From: an uncultured Nitrososphaerales archaeon
GTDB taxonomy: Archaea > Thermoproteota > Nitrososphaeria > Conexivisphaerales > UBA164
Direction: 5' to 3'
Assembly (NCBI GenBank): GCA_964343315.1
Contig: CAYFJA010000009.1
Coordinates: 878-32,877 of the forward strand
Length of the DNA stretch: 32,000 bases
Shown: piece by piece, positions 1-7,706 of the stretch
Layout: every line of letters starts with the position of its first letter
How positions within the stretch are numbered: the first letter of the stretch is position 1
The notes under the pieces: generated by a model
What the model was told of the DNA's origin: nothing
The model's input: only the letters and a program-made list of their open reading frames with translations
Database searches by the model: none
Translations under genes and position numbers: made by a program

Positions 1-459
1 TTTTACGTCCGCAGGAACAACGTCCCCGGCCCTCACCCTTACTATATCCCCTGGCACAACCTCCCTAGCTGGAATTGTCGACCAAGAACCGTTTCTAAGG
101 ACCCTGGCCATAACCTGGAGCCTCTGCTTTAAAAGCTCGAGGGCCCTTGAAGCTCTCTCTTCGTGAACAAAGCCGATGAGGGCATTTAAAACCAAAAGGG
201 CCGCTATTACGTAAACTTCGATGTAATGCCTTATAAAAAGCTCAATGACCATAGTTATCTCTAGCATCCAAGCTGTTAAACCCCAGAACTTCTTACCTAA
301 CCTCTTAAGCACGCTTTCCTTTTTTTCAGGGATTTCGTTGTAGCCGTAAGCCTTAATCCTCTGCTTTACTTCTTCTTCGGTTAACCCTCTTTCTGGGTTT
401 ACGTTTAAACTCTCTAGCGTCTCGCTTACGCTCTGATCTTCAAAGTTTTTTTCTGACAT
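1..459 (-). CDS. P-type cation-transporting ATPase, N-terminal fragment (type IIIA H+-ATPase-like). The gene continues past the left edge of the window.
   Basis: Absent from the ORF track because it is open to the window edge. My translation of the minus strand from the ATG at 459-457 reads MSEKNFEDQSVSETLESLNVNPERGLTEEEVKQRIKAYGYNEIPEKKESVLKRLGKKFWGLTAWMLEITMVIELFIRHY...MARVLRNGSWSTIPAREVVPGDIVRVRAGDVVPADVK. The GLTxEE..YGxNEIxEKK stretch, the FWGxxxWMLE stretch and the VPGDIV..GDxVPAD actuator pattern form the classic N-terminus of P2/P3-type ATPases. Confidence 0.8.
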   Translation of the reverse strand, partial: MSEKNFEDQSVSETLESLNVNPERGLTEEEVKQRIKAYGYNEIPEKKESVLKRLGKKFWGLTAWMLEITMVIELFIRHYIEVYVIAALLVLNALIGFVHEERASRALELLKQRLQVMARVLRNGSWSTIPAREVVPGDIVRVRAGDVVPADVK

Positions 460-480
460 ATGGTGCGCTTTGTCCGTTGT

Positions 481-488
481 TTTATAAA
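481..488 (-). promoter_or_regulatory. TATA-box candidate (TTTATAAA) for the P-type ATPase gene
   Basis: The self-complementary octamer TTTATAAA lies 22-29 nt upstream of the ATG at 459. This spacing fits an archaeal leaderless or short-leader promoter. Confidence 0.4.
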
Positions 489-573
489 TTTATCGTAAAA
501 TTAGGCTGGGGCTTCTTTTTCACGTTATTACTTACGAACGTATTTTTGGCCAGACGCCAGGCCAAAATCAATA

Positions 574-2805
574 TTACTGTTCTTGTAGGGCTATAATAGA
601 ATCTGGTTTTATCGGAAGCTCGCGCACTGAGATTCCTAAAGCATCTCTTATAGCGCTAGCTACAGAAGGCGCAACCGGAACTAACCCAATCTCCCCTATG
701 CCTTTAGCCCCATATGGACCCAGAGGCTCATATGAATCGACGAACTTCACCTTTATCTCTGGTACGTCTAGGCTAGATGGAACTATGTAGGTTGTGTAAT
801 TTATGTTCTTTGGATAACCTCTTTCATAATTAAGCTCTTCAAAAAGAGCGAAGCCCAAACCCATTATCGCTGCACCCTCTACTTGGGTTTCAGCTATATT
901 TTTGTTGATTATGCTTCCAGCATCCACGTAGTGCTCCATTTTTTCAACCTTAACCCTGCCTGTTAGCAGATCAACGGAAATTTTTGTTATAAGGACGTCG
1001 TAAGAATAGAAGAACCTAGGCGCTTCTTTCATCCCTTCTATCTTTCTTTCGACCTCGGGCGGCTTATACGTATACTCTACGCGAAGCTTATTCCCAGAAG
1101 CAATAAAGCCAACAGCTTCAAACAGGTCAAAGGATCCCTTTTTAGTTTCAAACTCTCCGTTTGAATAAGATATTTCTTCTTTTCTTAACCCAAGCTTATT
1201 TGAGAGACCTTCTGCGACCTTTTCTATAAGCACATCGCATGCCTTTACCAAAGCCATTCCGCTGGTTAAAGTGCTCCTAGACGCGTTGGAGGATCCTGAG
1301 TCTGGGCAGAAGTCCGTGTCTGCATTCTTCACCTTAATCTTATTTAGCGGGACACCGAGCTTTTTAGAAACCAGCATCGCGTTTCCTGTGTTGATTCCCT
1401 GGCCGTAGTCTACGTTCGAGAAGAAAACAGTTACGTAGCCCGATGGGTCGACTTCTAAAGCCACGCTCACTGGAGGCTCATCGCTTCCGTATGCTACGCC
1501 CTTCATTCCTAAAGCTACGCCTACACCTTCCCTGTGCAGCGCATCGCTCTTTTTTTCCAGCTTAAGTAGCTCGGATTTTTTGGCTTCTTCAAGGGCCTTT
1601 CTAACTCCTTCTAATCCTCTCGCCTTTGTGCCGAAAGGCGTGAGCTCTCCGTCCCGAAGCAGGTTCTTCAGCCTAAGCTCTATCGGATCTATCTTCAGCT
1701 CCCTAGAAATTTCATCAAGCATAGATTCCATAGCAAAGCTTCCCTGGGGAGCCCCGAAACCCCTGAACGCAGAAGACACGCCGTTGTTAGTGTAGACCAG
1801 AAAGCCTTCAGAGTCAACTGCGTCAAACCTATAAGGCCCGTTTGCAACCTCCATTGCCGTTCCGAGGACGTTGGGCCCCCAAATCATGTATGCGCCCGTG
1901 TCTAAGTAAACTTTAGATACGTTGAAGGTCAGCCTCCCGTCCTTCATGACCCCGGTCTTAAGCTCAATCTTAGAAGCGTGCCTGTGGACTCCAGCTATTC
2001 CAGATTCTTCCCTAGAGTAGACTATCTTAACGGGCTTTTTAGAGTAATAAGCTAAAAGAGCCAGGAAGGCTGGAAAAGGGGACTCTTCCTTACCTCCAAA
2101 GCTTCCTCCGGTTGGGTAGCTTACCACCCTAACCTTGTCCAGAGGAACGTTCAACGCTTTAGAAATTACAAGCCTGTCAGCGTGTGGGTTTTGACCGTTC
2201 GAAAAAACGTTAATTTTCCCAGATTCATCAACGTACGCGTAACCGCTTTCGGGCTCAAGGTACATGTGCTTTTGAAACTGGGTTCTGAAAGTCCTTTCAA
2301 AGACGAAGTCAGACGATCTTTCGTAGTCTTTTACGCTGCCCTTTGTTACGTGAAAGTGAACGGCTATGTTACCTTTGTCGTGAACCAACACCTTACCCTC
2401 AAGAGCTTCATCTATCGAGCCTACTACTGGTAGCTCCTTGCACTTAAGCCCGAGCTCCTCCTCAGCCCTAGCCGCATCTTCGCTTGTCTCCGCAGCTATG
2501 AGCGCAACAGCTTCCCCAAAATACCTAGCCCTCCCCTCAGCTAAAATTGGGGCGTCTTCATAAGGGCCATACCTGTTGTAACCAGGTATATCTTTGCTAG
2601 TTATCACGGCCTTAACCCCTTTAACCTTAAGGGCCCTTTCCGGATGCATCTCAACTATTTCGCAGTGAGGCAATGGGCTTCTAACAACTCTGCCGTAAAG
2701 CATGCCTTCAGCGAATACGTCCCCGAAGAACTTCAGCCTTCCTGTAACCTTTTCATATGAATCTATCCTCGGCACGCTCTGCTCTTCGAGCCTTTGCAAA
2801 ATCAT
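574..2805 (-). CDS. Molybdopterin-binding large subunit of the xanthine dehydrogenase / aldehyde oxidoreductase / CoxL family
   Basis: 743 aa ORF. The N-terminus (RIDSYEKVTGRLKFFGDV...GRVVRSPLPHCEI) matches the Ald_Xan_dh a/b-hammerhead region. GGSFGGKEE corresponds to the family GGGFGGK motif. GAKGIGEIGLVPVAPSVASAI near the C-terminus carries the conserved catalytic Glu context. Confidence 0.9.
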   Translation of the reverse strand: MILQRLEEQSVPRIDSYEKVTGRLKFFGDVFAEGMLYGRVVRSPLPHCEIVEMHPERALKVKGVKAVITSKDIPGYNRYGPYEDAPILAEGRARYFGEAVALIAAETSEDAARAEEELGLKCKELPVVGSIDEALEGKVLVHDKGNIAVHFHVTKGSVKDYERSSDFVFERTFRTQFQKHMYLEPESGYAYVDESGKINVFSNGQNPHADRLVISKALNVPLDKVRVVSYPTGGSFGGKEESPFPAFLALLAYYSKKPVKIVYSREESGIAGVHRHASKIELKTGVMKDGRLTFNVSKVYLDTGAYMIWGPNVLGTAMEVANGPYRFDAVDSEGFLVYTNNGVSSAFRGFGAPQGSFAMESMLDEISRELKIDPIELRLKNLLRDGELTPFGTKARGLEGVRKALEEAKKSELLKLEKKSDALHREGVGVALGMKGVAYGSDEPPVSVALEVDPSGYVTVFFSNVDYGQGINTGNAMLVSKKLGVPLNKIKVKNADTDFCPDSGSSNASRSTLTSGMALVKACDVLIEKVAEGLSNKLGLRKEEISYSNGEFETKKGSFDLFEAVGFIASGNKLRVEYTYKPPEVERKIEGMKEAPRFFYSYDVLITKISVDLLTGRVKVEKMEHYVDAGSIINKNIAETQVEGAAIMGLGFALFEELNYERGYPKNINYTTYIVPSSLDVPEIKVKFVDSYEPLGPYGAKGIGEIGLVPVAPSVASAIRDALGISVRELPIKPDSIIALQEQ

Positions 2806-2832
2806 TGGTAAAGTATTAAATGCTTACTATCA

Positions 2833-2841
2833 TATTTAAAA
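2833..2841 (-). promoter_or_regulatory. TATA-box candidate for the Mo-oxidoreductase gene
   Basis: The minus strand reads TTTTAAATA 28-36 nt upstream of the ATG at 2805, within an AT-rich divergent intergenic region. Confidence 0.35.
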
Positions 2842-2897
2842 TTTTCTTGCTGCCTTTTGTTATAATATTTTGGCGCTAGCATAAAGCAGAAGATATG

Positions 2898-2906
2898 TTT
2901 ATAAAA
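2898..2906 (+). promoter_or_regulatory. TATA-box candidate for the 2945..4180 gene
   Basis: TTTATAAAA lies about 40-47 nt upstream of the GTG start at 2945. The implied short leader contains AAAGGTG. Confidence 0.35.
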
Positions 2907-2944
2907 CATCTTACTAGGCTTAGGTTATTGACTCAAAAATAAAG

Positions 2945-4180
2945 GTGTTAAAAGAAGCGTTATTAGAAGAAGTGAAGCTTGCGGCGGGATGCACGGAAAT
3001 AGCCGCTATAGCTTACGCAGTTGCAAAGGCTAAAGAAATGAGCGATGAGCCTTATGAAGTTAAGCTTTACTTAGACCTTGATGTCTTCAAGAACGCGGCT
3101 TCCGTGGGAGTACCGGGCGATGGCTTTGGCCTTGTGGACGGCATAAGAAAAGCATTGAGCTCTAAACCAGACGGCCTAAAGACTCTCTTGAGCTCTGCCA
3201 ATAAATACGAGGGGAAAATAAAATTAGATATACAGCCTTTGGACGTGCCTTTTCTGTTCATCTATGCTATTGTTAACGAAAGCGCTGCGATAATAGCAAA
3301 CAGACACGACGAGCTGATTTATTACGGCCCAAAGGTGGAATTGGAGAAGGCCTTGGAAATGTCTAAAGCGAAGGGAAAGAACTCTATAATTAGCGAGATT
3401 TACGATAAAGATAGCGGAAAAGTTAAGGTGCCTTACAGAGCGGTCTACGACGCTGCGGAGGAGCTCTCTGAAGACGATGACGTTAAAAAGCTTATAGATG
3501 AAGCTTTGAGATACAATTCTAAGCTAGCAGAAGAAAACTTAGGGTCTAACAGATATTTTGGGATAGCTAGAAGCTTGCCAGAGAACTCACTTTTAGATAG
3601 GATGATAAAGTACGCTGCGGCCGCGGTTGAGGCAAGGATGAGCGGCTCTTTAACTCCAGCTATGTCTGTTGCTGGCTCAGGGAACCAAGGAATAATAGCT
3701 ACTCTGCCGCTGCTCGTCTTTTCAAAGGAAAAAGGGATCGAAGAAAAAGCTATGAACAGGGCTGTTGTTTTAGCCTGGCTAACAACAATTTACGCCACAG
3801 CTTTCACAAGGTACGTGTCAGCCGTATGCGGCGCAGGAATAAAAGCCGGAAACGGGCTGGCTGCAGGCTTAGGCTACCTTATGGGAAAAACGTACGAGGT
3901 CGTTGAGTCAGCAATAATTAATAATATATCTTCAGTCAGCGGCATGATATGCGATGGCGCTAAGCCGGCCTGCTCCCTAAAAGCAGCGACTGGAATAAGC
4001 TCAGCTTATACTTCAGCGCTCCTTGCTTCAAAAGGAATAAGAGTTAGGCATATAGAAGGAATCTCAGGGAAAACCGTAGAAGATGCTTTAGCCAATTTAG
4101 GGGAGTACGTAGATAAAGCAACTTCAAGCTTAAACTTAACAATTTCAAACATAATAAAGAAAAAATTAACAGAAGCTTGA
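2945..4180 (+). CDS. L-cysteine desulfidase family protein (UPF0597 / YhaM-CyuA / MJ1025-like, serine-dehydratase-alpha-like fold)
   Basis: 411 aa ORF with a GTG start. It has the N-terminal AAGCTEIAAIAYA motif (family GCTEP/I), a central SVAGSGNQGI stretch and a C-terminal GMICDGAKPACSLK stretch with conserved Cys residues. These are typical of the UPF0597 / L-cysteine desulfidase family. Confidence 0.75.
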   Translation: MLKEALLEEVKLAAGCTEIAAIAYAVAKAKEMSDEPYEVKLYLDLDVFKNAASVGVPGDGFGLVDGIRKALSSKPDGLKTLLSSANKYEGKIKLDIQPLDVPFLFIYAIVNESAAIIANRHDELIYYGPKVELEKALEMSKAKGKNSIISEIYDKDSGKVKVPYRAVYDAAEELSEDDDVKKLIDEALRYNSKLAEENLGSNRYFGIARSLPENSLLDRMIKYAAAAVEARMSGSLTPAMSVAGSGNQGIIATLPLLVFSKEKGIEEKAMNRAVVLAWLTTIYATAFTRYVSAVCGAGIKAGNGLAAGLGYLMGKTYEVVESAIINNISSVSGMICDGAKPACSLKAATGISSAYTSALLASKGIRVRHIEGISGKTVEDALANLGEYVDKATSSLNLTISNIIKKKLTEA

Positions 4181-4291
4181 GCTTATTAGCGCAAAATTTG
4201 CTAAGAATTTTTTTGATTCAAAAATTTAGAGCGTTTCAAAAATATTTGTATTTTGAAAAATCTTTATATTGACTAATTAAAAAGGAAAGTC

Positions 4292-5152
4292 GTGATTAAT
4301 CCAATAATCTATTTTATGATATTGGTGGTTGTTAGCGCCGTTTCAGGGATCCTAGGGGCTTTGGTCGGACTGGGCGGCGGGACGTTCTTGGTTCCCATTT
4401 ACACTTTGTACTTAAGGATCCCTATAGCTTATGCAACCGGAGCTAGCCTGATTTCAACCATAGCTACTTCAAGCGGGGCAGGAAGCGCATACGTTAAAGA
4501 TAGAATAACTAACGTGAAGCTAGGGATGGGCTTAGAGATAGCTACAACAGCTGGCTCAATCGTTGGGGCTTTAACTGTTGCTTTCATGTACTCCCATCAC
4601 CTACAGTACATAATCTACATAATATTTGGAGCTGTGCTGCTTTCCCAAGTCTACATTCAGCTGACCAGGAGCAAGTACGAGCTTCCTAAAGAAATGAAGC
4701 CGGACTGGAGCACAAGGTTCTTTAAGCTTTATGGAAGCTACTACGACGTTGTTCTCGGAAAAGAAGTTAACTACTATGGTGTTAGGTGGTGGTTAGGAGA
4801 AACTATAATGTTCTTTGCGGGGTTCATATCGGGACTACTTGGCATAGGGTCTGGAGCCCTTAAAGTTCTGGGAATGGACTGGGCTATGAACCTGCCCATG
4901 AAGGTTTCAACTACAACCAGCAACTTTATGATAGGAGTAACCGCTGCAACAGGGAGCTCGATCTACTGGATGTACGGCTACATACAGCCTTTCATAGCTG
5001 CGGGAACAGCTATTGGGGTCTTGATAGGGGCCTTCATAGGGACAAAAATACTTGTAAGAATAACTAACAGGAGCATAAGGTATATATTCACAGCTATACT
5101 GATCTTTTTAGGAGTTCAGATGATTTTAAGGGGGTTGGGTTATGGACTTTAA
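4292..5152 (+). CDS. TauE/SafE (DUF81) family anion exporter-type membrane protein
   Basis: 286 aa polytopic membrane protein with two homologous halves. Each half opens with a G-rich helix (GALVGLGGGTFLVP and GLLGIGSGALKV), which is the DUF81/TauE signature. Confidence 0.8.
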   Translation: MINPIIYFMILVVVSAVSGILGALVGLGGGTFLVPIYTLYLRIPIAYATGASLISTIATSSGAGSAYVKDRITNVKLGMGLEIATTAGSIVGALTVAFMYSHHLQYIIYIIFGAVLLSQVYIQLTRSKYELPKEMKPDWSTRFFKLYGSYYDVVLGKEVNYYGVRWWLGETIMFFAGFISGLLGIGSGALKVLGMDWAMNLPMKVSTTTSNFMIGVTAATGSSIYWMYGYIQPFIAAGTAIGVLIGAFIGTKILVRITNRSIRYIFTAILIFLGVQMILRGLGYGL

Positions 5153-5522
5153 CGACGTTATAGCGTATACGCTAAGGGCTGGAGTCCTGGTGAGCGTTGG
5201 GCTTCTGCTTTTAGGATTCATCCTTCTGGTAGCAGATAAAGGCGCTGGACACTTTTCTATGGCCCAAATAGTTTCTGCGTCCTCTCAGATCAACAGCTCT
5301 TACATAACAACGAGCGAGCTGATTGAGGGGACTTTAAGCTTAAACCCGATATCAATCATGTTCGTTGGGCTCATAATTTTGATAGCAACTCCTGTAATGA
5401 GGGTCGTTTTGGGCTTAGCCCAGTTTATAAAAGAGAGGGACTACCTTTATTCAGCGATAACCGCGATTGTGTTTTTCAACCTGATCTTTGCTATATTTAT
5501 ACTTCCTCACATACTGCGCTGA
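5142..5522 (+). CDS. Small membrane protein, DUF1634-like partner of TauE/SafE
   Basis: 126 aa with 3-4 predicted TM helices. It overlaps the upstream TauE gene by 11 nt, which suggests co-translation. As far as I recall, proteins of this size and topology are recurrently paired with DUF81 genes. Confidence 0.55.
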   Translation: MDFNDVIAYTLRAGVLVSVGLLLLGFILLVADKGAGHFSMAQIVSASSQINSSYITTSELIEGTLSLNPISIMFVGLIILIATPVMRVVLGLAQFIKERDYLYSAITAIVFFNLIFAIFILPHILR

Positions 5523-5530
5523 CTTTTAAA

Positions 5531-6658
5531 TCAATATACAGCTTCAATAATGTCGTAAAGGACAACAGGAGCTTCAAGCTCCTTTGAGTTTCTTCTTAAA
5601 TAAGCCTCTTCTATGGCTTTCTTCATTTCATTAAACTGATTGATCTTATCCCTGTAGCTGAGCAGGCCTACCTCTTTAGCTATCTCCCAGTAAGGGAGAT
5701 CTTTGTACTCGTGCAAAGGGGAAACGTAGATTATGTCTTTCCTGTCAAGGCGCAGCCTGCTCGCCAGCTCAGCAGACTTAATTATGTGCTGCTCCCAGTA
5801 CCTCTTTCCCCCTGCCCCGGCCAAAAATATCACACCCACATGTATCCCGGCCCTCTTAAAGCTGTTTATGAACTCAACAGCCTCTTCAGGGTCAAGGGGC
5901 TTGTTCAGCAGCTTTAGGACCTCCTCGCTCCCGCTTTCTACGCCAAAGTAAACCCTTTCTACACCTAAGCTTTTGAGGCCTTTTATCTCTTCTTCTTTAA
6001 GCTTGTTAGGAGTTAGAAACGCATCTATAAAAGAATAGATCGGAAGGTCAAAGCTTCTCTTTATTATTTTTAAGTAATTCGAAAGGATTCCGTATTCTAA
6101 AAGAAGGGCGTTGGCGTCGCCGAGAAACACGCTCCTCCTTGAAGGCAACGAAGGCCCAAAGTACTCTTTTAGCTCATCTATCATTTTAACCAGCTCTTCT
6201 TCATTTAGCACTCTGTAGCTCTTATCCCTATAAAGGTGGCAAAAGGTGCACCTGTTCCACGCGCATCCAACGGTTAACTGAACGTATATGGGAAAGTACT
6301 GGTCTGGGGGGACAATTGGCACTGGGCCTCTGTATATCTTAAAAAGCCTCGCAGAGTCCTTCACTAAAAAATCCCAGCCAAGGCCATCCAAGTTATCAAG
6401 GTAGCCGTTAAGCTCATCTCTTGCTGAAAAAAGAAAAGAATAAGCTTCAGCGGCAACACCTTTAGCTTCCTCTTCGCTCAAGACCTTGGCCACCCTTATC
6501 CCATCCTTATATCCAACCTTTATGAACTCGTTGAACAAGGACCTCCTATACGTGTCTCTTCCGTTGCTGTAAATGAGGAGCCTCCCAGACCTATCCACCA
6601 CTAGAACCCTCTTCCCATCAGTTATGCTAGCGAGCCCGTTTTCCTTCTTAACTATCAC
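5531..6658 (-). CDS. Radical SAM domain protein of unknown specificity, with an N-terminal extension of roughly 130 aa
   Basis: 375 aa ORF. The cluster motif is VGCAWNRCTFCHLY (C-x4-C-x2-C followed by an aromatic residue). Downstream are FLGDANAL (GGE-like SAM-binding strand), VYFGVESGS and GxIxGxxE-like elements of the radical SAM half-barrel. Confidence 0.8.
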   Translation of the reverse strand: MIVKKENGLASITDGKRVLVVDRSGRLLIYSNGRDTYRRSLFNEFIKVGYKDGIRVAKVLSEEEAKGVAAEAYSFLFSARDELNGYLDNLDGLGWDFLVKDSARLFKIYRGPVPIVPPDQYFPIYVQLTVGCAWNRCTFCHLYRDKSYRVLNEEELVKMIDELKEYFGPSLPSRRSVFLGDANALLLEYGILSNYLKIIKRSFDLPIYSFIDAFLTPNKLKEEEIKGLKSLGVERVYFGVESGSEEVLKLLNKPLDPEEAVEFINSFKRAGIHVGVIFLAGAGGKRYWEQHIIKSAELASRLRLDRKDIIYVSPLHEYKDLPYWEIAKEVGLLSYRDKINQFNEMKKAIEEAYLRRNSKELEAPVVLYDIIEAVY

Positions 6659-6724
6659 AAGTTTTGTTTATCTTGCGCGCAATTTTTGCTTTTTGCGCGT
6701 TTTGGTAAAGCTTAAAAGACTACG

Positions 6725-7615
6725 ATGCATAAAACTTTAGTGCAAAGCCTGATAAGCGCTCTTTCTTTATTGATGTTCGTAATCGCCTCTTTTCTTGTTT
6801 CCTACGGAATAGAAAGAGCGCTTGAGGAAGGCAATATCTCAGATTTTCTTTACTTTCTTTTTCCTTTCATAACCACCACCCCTGAGCTATTTGTCTTCGC
6901 CTATGGATTAACTTTAGGCAAAAGCGGGACTGCAGTTTCAATAGGAACTGTGCTAGGCGAGCCCTTTATAGTTTTAACCTTAGGGATCTTAGCGTACAAG
7001 GCCTTAAAGAAGGGACCGATAGAAAGGGAGCCAAGGTCTCAGAGAACGCTCGTTTTCTTTTTTGCCCTATCTGCCCTCTTTATATTTTCTTACTACGTTG
7101 TTAGGCTTGGGCTATTAGCGCTGGCCGTCGTTTTTCTGATTTATGAAGCTTCTCTGATGCTTGAATTCAAGGGCACTAAGCTCAAGGTTTCAGACGCTTC
7201 AGCTTTTGGATACACAGCGGCCGGGATAGTCATGCTTGGCTTAACGGGAAAATATGTTACTGAAACAGTGATAAGCATCTCTTCTTTCCTTAAAATTCAT
7301 CCCGCATTAACTTCTTTTATCCTCGTGCCGGCCGTTAGCTCTCTGCCAGAGCTGATAGCCCCGTTTGTTTTTAAAAGCAGGAAAAGCGAAGAGAGGCTGT
7401 CCCCCCTGCTTTCTGAGCTCCCGATCTCTGTTGGGCTTTACCCGCCTTTCCTAATATTTTCAGCGAGCTTCTCAGTTCCCTTAAAAGTTGTCATTGGGCT
7501 GGTTATTTCTATGATTCAGTCTTTGATCATTATATGCGAAGAAAGGAGAGGCTTAAGCTTTTCTCACATCTCAGGAGCGCTTTTGTTCTTAGCTTTCATG
7601 AGCACATTAATATGA
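6725..7615 (+). CDS. CaCA-superfamily (Na+/Ca2+ exchanger, YrbG-like) cation antiporter
   Basis: 296 aa polytopic membrane protein with two alpha-repeat-like motifs in the two halves: TTTPELFVFAYG and SSLPELIAPFVF. The CaCA consensus is G(S/T)SxPE(L/F). Confidence 0.6.
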   Translation: MHKTLVQSLISALSLLMFVIASFLVSYGIERALEEGNISDFLYFLFPFITTTPELFVFAYGLTLGKSGTAVSIGTVLGEPFIVLTLGILAYKALKKGPIEREPRSQRTLVFFFALSALFIFSYYVVRLGLLALAVVFLIYEASLMLEFKGTKLKVSDASAFGYTAAGIVMLGLTGKYVTETVISISSFLKIHPALTSFILVPAVSSLPELIAPFVFKSRKSEERLSPLLSELPISVGLYPPFLIFSASFSVPLKVVIGLVISMIQSLIIICEERRGLSFSHISGALLFLAFMSTLI

Positions 7616-7675
7616 TCAGGAGCCAGCCTTCATCATCGCGCCAGCTCACTGCGGGTTCATTTTCATCATCAAATG
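7612..7675 (-). ncRNA. Candidate C/D box sRNA (2'-O-methylation guide). The ends are approximate.
   Basis: The minus strand reads UUUG-AUGAUGA(C, 7669-7663)-AAAUGAACCCGCA(13 nt)-GUGA(D', 7649-7646)-GCUGGCGCG-AUGAUGA(C', 7636-7630)-AGGCUGGCUC(10 nt)-CUGA(D, 7619-7616). That is two perfect RUGAUGA boxes and a perfect terminal CUGA, 54 nt from box to box. The element lies in the convergent intergenic gap about 32 nt downstream of the reverse gyrase stop. Confidence 0.5.
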
Positions 7676-7706
7676 TTTTATTTTAAAGGGAGCAATAAAA
7701 GCGTTG

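Noticed and set aside
544-567. A perfect 8-bp inverted repeat, TTTTGGCC-N8-GGCCAAAA, just downstream of the Mo-oxidoreductase stop, considered as an intrinsic terminator.
   Set aside because: On the transcribed (minus) strand the hairpin is not followed by a U-tract, and archaeal termination relies mainly on oligo-T signals. The structure is real but its function is unsupported, so I did not list it as a terminator.
1580-1795. Numerous 60-125 aa ORFs in the track lie antisense to, or out of frame within, the long genes. Examples are 1580..1795, 2182..2433, 3067..3261, 5711..5951, 7834..9374, 11353..11970, 16017..17169, 21648..21971, 23743..24114 and 28008..28361.
   Set aside because: Each is fully embedded in a longer ORF that has clear family motifs. 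Their products are low-complexity Ser/Leu/Pro/Phe-rich strings, typical of the reverse complement of Lys/Glu/Gly-rich coding sequence. None has its own promoter or SD context.
2895-2942. A 15-codon upstream ORF (ATG TTT ATA AAA CAT ... TAA) ending just before the GTG start of the desulfidase-like gene.
   Set aside because: Its ATG overlaps the best TATA candidate (TTTATAAAA), so it is most likely untranscribed promoter DNA. There is no SD and I have no way to assess conservation.
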